Shown one piece after another: positions 56,663 through 64,000 of a stretch of 64,000 nucleotides of DNA. Source of the DNA: Vicugna vicugna (lineage: Eukaryota); assembly GCA_013265495.1 (NCBI GenBank), contig MU058017.1, forward strand, positions 381,919 through 445,918, read 5' to 3'. Position numbers and translations under genes: made by a program. The stretch's first letter is position 1. The number at the start of each line of letters is the position of its first letter. The notes under the pieces were generated by a model. That model did no database searches. It was not told where the DNA came from and saw only the letters and a list, made by a program, of their open reading frames with translations.

Positions 56663-57600
56663 ATATATCACCTACATCACATTGCAGAAGTTACCAGTTA
56701 GAGACCCAATTCTGCACTTGTTTCCTATTCAACCAATCCTGGCTTTCAAATTTTTTTATTTTTCTAAATGTCTAAAGCTTCCCTGTTTAAATCTGTTTTG
56801 AACAACAAATACAAATATTTCCTAAACAAATCTCTCTGAAATATACCAAACCAAAATTAGAGAGTATCTATTATGCAAAACGCAGAGTTAGATATCTGAA
56901 AATTAGTTTAAGTGGGACGATGTCCCATGTGATTTGTAAAAAGTCTAAATTACAGGTGATTAATAAAATGTATTTAACTAATTAAATTGCGCCAAAAGCA
57001 CAAACGAAAACCTAAAAGTGTTGCCAAGTTAAAGCTCTACGAGATCTGATTTGATAAATAACAGAGAATAATTTCTAACTGGAATACTGTTGTATGCAAA
57101 TTGGATGGAAATATGTTGTTGGAAGAGTTCAGTTTTCTTAAAGAAACGTAGCTTTTCTCCCTGAGGTATTAACTTTTTCATAAATTTACTTCCTCTATAG
57201 CAAATGTCCAAATCCTTTCTAAATTATCTGATATCTCTATTAATGGAAATTAAATTAATGGGAACCTAGCACATCATCTAACTATGGAAAGCAATAAATA
57301 TATACAATAAAAAGTTTATTTGGACACAATATATACTATATGTATAAAAATAAAGAGGTGCATACTTGTATACATAAAAACAGAACAAATTATTCTCTCC
57401 TAATCAGCAAAGATCTCTAATATCTATTAAAAGTGCACTTACATTTTAGTAAATAATAGCATTTTTTAATTAAAGTGTGTATGTATGCATTACTATTATG
57501 TAATTTTCTCCTATGATTCCAAAACAATACACTTTGATAGTAATTCAGCTTCTTGCCGTCTTTCCAATTGAGTAAAAGTATTCTCTTCTTTCTACCTCAG

Positions 57601-57720
57601 AAGCTGTTCTGGAAAGGGAGCAGCGTCTGGTGAAGAGACAGAAACCGGCCCCAGGCGTGCCACCGGAAGGCACAAGCAAGGACACCGGTCCTCGAGTCGG
57701 CAGGCGGGCCAAGTCTAAAT
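57601..57720 (+). other. Candidate 120-nt plus-strand exon, antisense to the terminal exon
   Basis: TTCTCTTCTTTCTACCTCAG|AAGCTG ... TCTAAAT|GTAAGT; one frame open (xAVLEREQRLVKRQKPAPGVPPEGTSKDTGPRVGRRAKSK). Confidence 0.3.
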
Positions 57721-57803
57721 GTAAGTGCGAGGAGCGATGGAGCGCGGCGCGGCGGCCTGGCGGCCGGTCATCCCCAGGCGCAGCGGTGGGGGCGGGGGTG
57801 GAA

Positions 57804-57830
57804 GTCGCTGTCGCTGTCGCTGTCGCTGTC
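57804..57830. repeat. (GTCGCT)4.5 CpG-containing hexamer tandem repeat
   Basis: GTCGCTGTCGCTGTCGCTGTCGCTGTC. Confidence 0.95.
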
Positions 57831-60639
57831 CGGGAGCACACGAGGGTATCGGGGCAGGCTGCGGGTCCGTCCTGTCTCCCAACCTCATCTCCACCTCTGC
57901 AAAAGCCTGGAGACCATCGTTACTAATGCCAGGTTTTTAAATCCCCGAGAGTAAAATACATGTGCAGAGTGTGATCCTAACTGATTTTTAAGCCCAGGCA
58001 TGTTGAATAGAGTCTTAAAATAATCATTTCCATTGGACCTGACTAGGTATCCAAGTGTTCACCAGATGCTAGCGGCTAGATTTTGCAGAGGAAAATTGCT
58101 AACTTAAGCTTCTTTTCATGATTCAGCAGAGGGTTTTTAAGTAATAAAAGATCTGGAGATTTGTAACATAAATAATTCCAGTGCAAATGGGAAAATTAAA
58201 ATAATCTTATCATCTCCCAGTCATGTCTATATGTGCTTTTCTACCATTATCAAATTTCTCTTAATTGGTCAATTTTTTTTTCTGGCTGATATTTTATAGT
58301 TTTAAGTTATGAGTTGTAATGAAGAAATGATTCCTTTCAGATGAGTAAAGTGACATGTACTAAATTCTAAAGACAATCTAGGATGTATGAAACAGAGCAT
58401 GATCTAACAAATATGGTTTTATTCACATGCAATATAGTCTGTATCACCAGTGAAAAATAGTAGCAGCATGCCAGAATCTCTTATTCCTTAATAGATCTCC
58501 CAGTAGAAACAATTAAAATATAAAGTACATCATTAACTTTTGAACTTTGATGGGAAAAAAATACCATCCATTTCTGACAAGTAGACATTATCTCATAGTA
58601 TCCACAGCCATTTTATGCTTATTACCATTGCTTGGTCTTAAGTGTGACTTTTGGACATACAACTCAATGTTTCCTAATATTTAATAGTACAATGGTTTTT
58701 ATAGTCTATTTAATTTTATTTAGTAATTTAAAGAATGAATAGTTAAGATTCCCCAGATTTTTGTGTTCTTGCTGGAGGTGCACTTGAACAAAAAGAAAAA
58801 CACATCATCTAGCCCTACAGCTAATACCACATGACCACATCCTGCCTAGAATGAATCCATTCAGAGTTTCTGGAAAAGCACAGATACAGTAATGATTTTC
58901 CTAAGGTATCAGATTTTTGCTGTGGGTACCACTAATTATTTTGGCTGCGTTCCATCAAGGCCAGATGTTAAACAAATGAAATATTTAGAATACAAAACTA
59001 TTGAATAAAAAATACATGCTCATTTAAGCAATAGTTTCTAGAAATCAAGCCAATCACACATTTTGGAGAAGCTGAAGAAGGAGGCATGACGTGGGTTCTA
59101 TTCGTAATGTCAGGTTAAGGTTCTGAACTCAATCCAGAGAAACTTTATAATTGTTGCAACTAACTGGAGCTCAGCTGCTTCTGGATTTCTTGTAACAAAA
59201 TCTTGCTGCCAAGGGCATTGGGCTCAGCCAGTAAAAAAATTACAGTAATAATGTTAAACTAAATCATAAAAATGCAGAAGGTGGTTATTATGGGGCAGAG
59301 GAGAGGAATTGCTTGTAAAGTTATGGTGGAAATATCAAAAATAATATTTTATTAAACTTTAAAAAAATTAAGCTTTATTTTTAAACTAGGGTGCAAAAGC
59401 AATAAAATGTAAAGGTTATTCAATAAACGATTTCATTCAGTGGTCAAGAGCAATGATTCAGCAAGTGAGAATAAAAATTACATTTATTCAACATGGTCAT
59501 CAATTCAGGCAGGACTGAAGCTTATATTATGATCATTTTCTAGTAAAAATAACCAGCTGAAAGTCACTTTTTTTTTGAAAGTCACCTTTAAGAAGGAATT
59601 TCGACTGAAAAAGAAATAAAGAACTTCTTGAAGGCATATCTTCTCAGTGAAAATGAACTTGGCTTATGCTTAATTTCACATACTATAACACTCTAAATAT
59701 TTTATGTGATTTTTAAGTTCTAGGAAGAAATTCATTTGAAACAAATGTAGAAAATGACTCAAAAAGTTTAAATATGAAAACTATGATAGGCTTACAGTTA
59801 GGGAAATAGATCATAATAACTATCTTCTATGAGCCTTCCAAGAGTAAAGAATATAGCTTTTTAAATTATTTTTTGAATAATCTGGAATTTCTTTCCTATC
59901 AGCTTTATACCTTCTGTAAATATAGATTCCAGAATCATGTATCATAGACAGTTTGGGAGATTCTATATTTTCCTCAAGTTGGATAACATATTTCTAAGTG
60001 ACAATCATCAGAGAAACAAACTCCTTTTGCTCACTAAAGTACCTAATGTGTTTTACACTGGGTAAGCACTAAATAATATGGTGAATAGAACTGAATTATT
60101 TCCATGTTCTCTTCAGAGATTAATGTGTCTCTTGGATTCACACTAGAGAGGTAGTGTCTCACCCATGGGGATTAATGAGCTACATCTGTAACCAAAACTA
60201 CTCATGGAAAACTTGCTGAATTGATCCATATCTGTTTTATTAATCAAGCCCAGTACGGAAGGGCTTTCTTGTGGTTGTATTATATTTTGGAGATAAATAG
60301 AGTGAGGAAACCACAGTTCAATTTTGAAGTTGTTTGAGATATTGAAGAACGTGGGATTCTGTATTAGATGACAGCAGTAAAGTCCAGTCCTTGATGCTTG
60401 TAATGCTGATATATAAGTATATAAATATCCTGTATGTATAATTTTACTGCAGACCTTATGACAGTAGCCAAGAAGACCCTAACCATTTAATATGGTTTAA
60501 TATGGAATTTACTTCTTACTGCTGCTCTCTTCGACTCTCTTCCTTCCTCATTTTTAAAAATGAAAACGTTTCAGGTTGGTTTTTTTGTTTTTTTCCTCCA
60601 AGCTAGCTTGGTATGAACAACCTTTAGCTGAAGCAGATG

Positions 60640-61000
60640 GCTAGAAGTCAGAATCCCCAGATTCTATCCTTGATTTTCCTACCAACTGGGAATGTGGCCT
60701 TGGGCAAGTCATGAGAGTAAATCTACAATAAAAGGGATAATAATGCATTACATATGTATGGTGCTTTATGATCTTGCACAGTACTTTCACGTACAATATA
60801 TTATTTAATCTTCCTCTCAGCCTCCTAAGAGGAGTATAGCTGTTATTAACAACCCCTATTATAGAGAGTGAGAATTTGAGACCCAGAGACACTAAAGTGA
60901 GTTCACAGTCTTGTCAATATCAAATGTCAGGGCCAGGAACAGACAGAAAAGATGATTCCAAGTTGGTCTTTGTCTTCTTTCCTCTATACCATGCTTGCTG
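60640..61000. mobile_element. Two oppositely oriented MIR fragments
   Basis: TGTGGCCTTGGGCAAGTCA...GGGATAATAAT (+), then TTATTTAATCTTC...CCCCTATTATAGAG...TGAGACCCAGAGA (-). Confidence 0.65.
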
Positions 61001-61010
61001 TGGTGCTGCC

Positions 61011-61342
61011 AAAGCTGGGCTGTCTAATATGGTCTCCAGGAGCCACATGAGGTGATGGAGCCCTTGAAATGTGGCTAGTTCCAACTGAGATGTACTGTGG
61101 GTGTAAAATACACATGGGATTTCTAAGACCTTGAATGAAACCGAGAATGTAAATTTTCTCATTAATACTTTCTACATTGATTCCATATCAAAATGATAAT
61201 ATTTGGGTTATTTTGAGTCAAATAAAGTATATTTTTAAAATTAATGTCACCTGTTCCTTTTAACTTTTTTTAGTGTGAGTACTAGAAAATGTGAAGTTGT
61301 GTACATGGTTCACATTGTTTCTATTGGACTGAGCTGGACTAG
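61011..61342. mobile_element. MER33-like hAT-Charlie element, near full length
   Basis: GCTGTCTAATATGG...AGCCACATG...TTGAAATGTGGCTAGTTCCAACTGAGATGTACTGT...GTAAAATACACA...TTTCTATTGGAC. Confidence 0.85.
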
Positions 61343-62448
61343 AGGATTCTCTGGTTCAGAGACCACTGTACATATTTCACAGTACTGAACTTGTTTATAC
61401 ACCTGTCTTGATGCGGCTGAGACCAATTTCCAAAGGCTCTGTCAAATAGAGCAGTAGAGATTAGCGGCAATAATTCAATCATTCTCACCCATCTTCCACT
61501 TGCAGGGAAAAAGTCAGACTTTGTTAGCTGATGCCTTAAATTGCTCATTTATTAAAAGGGCTCATTTTATACTTGCTGAATGCTTAAAAAGCTTAGAGTG
61601 AAAGTACTATGGAAAGAACTATAAATTATATTTATGACCCTATTGCACACTTTATTTTAAAATATATTTCCATTAAACATTTTGAGTGAATGAGACATTG
61701 GACTATTAGGTGATATAGCCAATGTAAAATAATAAGTATATGTAAATTTTTTATAAAATATAGTATATTTTATTCCCCCTACCAACTCTCTAAGGTATAT
61801 TATGTATAACCCCTAAAGAAGTAGCTTATTTCTGCTTTGAAAAACCTAAATGAAAGTCCTCAGGAAAAAATGGGTTCTTATTTAGGAGAAAAAGTACCTA
61901 TAGTTAAAAAAAAATAGCCCAAATTATTGAAAACTAACATCCATTTGGCATTTATTATGTAGTCTCAAGCACTATACTAAGAGTTACCAAGATTATCTCA
62001 TTTAGGGATTTGAAAATGAGCAACATAAAGCAGAATCAAAGTTCTTAACCATTACTGCCTCTCACTACAATCCTATTTGAAGTCACAATGCAAGCTATCA
62101 AGACAGTATGAGGATATGAGGGAATACTGGACAGAAAGATCAGAAGTCTGCCCTCAAAGTATACACAAAGTGGTGGATTTGTGGACATGTTTTTGAAAAA
62201 TACATACTTATGAACAAAATTATGTGAAAGAGGAGTTACTCTTGTCTTTCTAAAGGTTTCTTTATGTTACGATAGAAATCTTTATAGCCGTGTTCCCCAG
62301 TGAGTTAAAACTTACCTATTGTTTATAAAGCAAAGGTCTCATGCAAAAAAAACAAAAAAAAAAAAACAAAAAAGAACAAAAAAAACTATGTAGTATGAAT
62401 TTTAGAGATTTGTTTATACCCACTTGGATAAAAGTAGGCTGACGTTAC

Positions 62449-62460
62449 CTTAAATATTTT
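62449..62460 (-). other. Candidate 12-nt microexon (AAAATATTTAAG)
   Basis: Minus strand: TTTATTTATTTGTTTTCATCCCTTCTTTTTCCAG|AAAATATTTAAG|GTAACG; long pyrimidine tract and a good donor. Confidence 0.5.
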
Positions 62461-62699
62461 CTGGAAAAAGAAGGGATGAAAACAAATAAATAAAATGGGG
62501 ACCTAAATTAAAATCATAAAATAGTAAAAACTAAAGAGTTTTATAACTTTTTACACAATAATAATAATATGTTACCTTTGAAGGTTGACATTAAGAATTG
62601 TGTATATAAGCTAATGACATACTAATTTTTTAAAGATGTCAAAATATAATATATAACTTATTTTCAATATCTTAATGTTTATGCTTACCTGGAATGAAG

Positions 62700-62830
62700 T
62701 AATAGGAAAAACATTAACTGTAGCCAACTCTGGGTAGCAGAATTTTACATATTTCTATGTCCTTATTTATACTTTTTTGTAGTAATTCCACAATAAACAT
62801 GTATTGTGTGTATTGCTTTAATAATAACTA
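62700..62830 (+). mobile_element. Ancient L1M 3'-end remnant
   Basis: AAACATTAACTGTAG...CTCTGGGTAG...TTTATACTTTTT...CACAATAAACATGTATT...TTTAATAAT. Confidence 0.55.
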
Positions 62831-64000
62831 AATAGAAAAGTTATTGTAATCAATCCCAAAATTGGTTGCAAATAAGAAAGGCAAAAATTATCTGAAAGAG
62901 GGAGTGAAATGCAAACTTTTTTCTCAGTCGCAAAATTTAAAAATAATATATTTTATAGGTTCTTCTTTCCAGGCATTATTGCCCTTCCTTTGACTCACAA
63001 TAAAGCAACCTGTGAACTATTCAATTTCTCTAGACAATGAAGGTAAAAGCTAGATTAGGTTTTCTAGATTCTCTTGAAAGCAGTTTACCCTCAGCTGTGA
63101 ACATGAGTATAAAGATCAAGGCTGCAATATGAGCTCTTAAAGCCTAAAATTGTTATTGCAGCAATCAGAAAAGCAGAGCATCCTGGAAAGTGTGCCTCTT
63201 CACCTTAAAACAAACTGGCTGTCAATCATTTCTAATGGTGTCTGCTTAAAACTGGCCTTAGTCTTAGACCTTGAGATATGTAAAATGTCATGTGAGAATA
63301 TATTATAGAATCATATCTTTGGGCTGGACAGGGTCTTGGTGATCCTAAAAAGTGAAGTATAGAGCTGTTTTAGGCATCCCTTTTAAACATTCATGGCAAA
63401 ATATTAGGTCTGCTAACTCCTTTTATGACAACAACACTAAAATTTTACTACAAAGAAAACTCAGAAATGAATTCCTTGTGCCAGTTCATCATTAAATCAT
63501 AAGTCCACAGACTGTTAGAGCTAAAAGAAGCCTTCTAGATTAGCTCATCCAATACCAATATTTTGCAGATGAGAAAACTGAGGAACAGAAAAATCATTTT
63601 CTCAGGAAAATGTGAAATCACCGAAAAATACCCCAAAGAATCCAGGAATTTCTGGAAGCTTACCTAGGAAGAGCTAGGTATTTCAAATCCTACCAGAACT
63701 TGAATTTTTAGTTTGGTTGTGGGTACTCCTGTACAAGGGAGAAAATATACTGATACTGACTAATATTCATGTAATATATGAAAAGCACATTCACAGTGAA
63801 TGCCTGTAAAGTGAAAACCAGAAGCATAACAAAGCCAATGATTTCAGACCAGATCACTTATTTATTACTAAGCTCCCTTTCTTTGTGAGTCAAACATTTG
63901 AAAGGAGCTTTCTTTGCCACTTTTCAGGCACAAATCGTTTATTATCATGAGAAATTGGCTACTTCCACAGTTGCTGATAGACCAAAGAATAATGAGACAT

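Larger units (their letters stand above)
57295..57896 (-). other. Probable terminal exon and 3'UTR of an unidentified minus-strand gene whose body lies to the right of the window
   Basis: Acceptor CTCCAGGCTTTTGCAG|AGGTGGAGATGA (AG at 57898-57897); GC/CpG-rich 5' part, then an AU-rich non-repetitive tract; AATAAA at 57320-57315 followed by U-rich sequence. Reading frame undetermined. Confidence 0.5.

Noticed and set aside
57295..62460. Naming the minus-strand gene (considered receptors with multiple C-terminal exons such as PTGER3, HTR4, OPRM1, SORCS1)
   Set aside because: None of the possible translations matched tails I can recall; left unnamed pending a BLAST search

Overview
AT-rich mammalian genomic DNA, most likely camelid: it carries a vic-1-type tRNA-derived SINE and cetartiodactyl-type L1 3' tails. 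It is mostly intergenic or intronic sequence filled with MIR, L2, L1, MaLR LTR and hAT/Tigger relics. The only coding-derived sequence I can name is a disabled, intronless retrocopy of MTFR1L (FAM54B) at about 51.2-53.2 kb (+); its 5' half is unexpectedly CpG-rich. The right end appears to hold the 3' end of an unidentified minus-strand gene: a 12-nt microexon candidate at 62449-62460 and a GC-rich terminal exon at about 57295-57896 with AATAAA. Further minus-strand exon candidates lie at 32997-33115 and about 3945-4496. A 5-kb 5'-intact, 3'-truncated L1 with two nested insertions occupies 22.3-27.4 kb. I found no intact protein-coding gene, CRISPR array or convincing novel multi-gene system. 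Repeat family names come from recalled consensus similarity, not from a database search, and most repeat boundaries are approximate.
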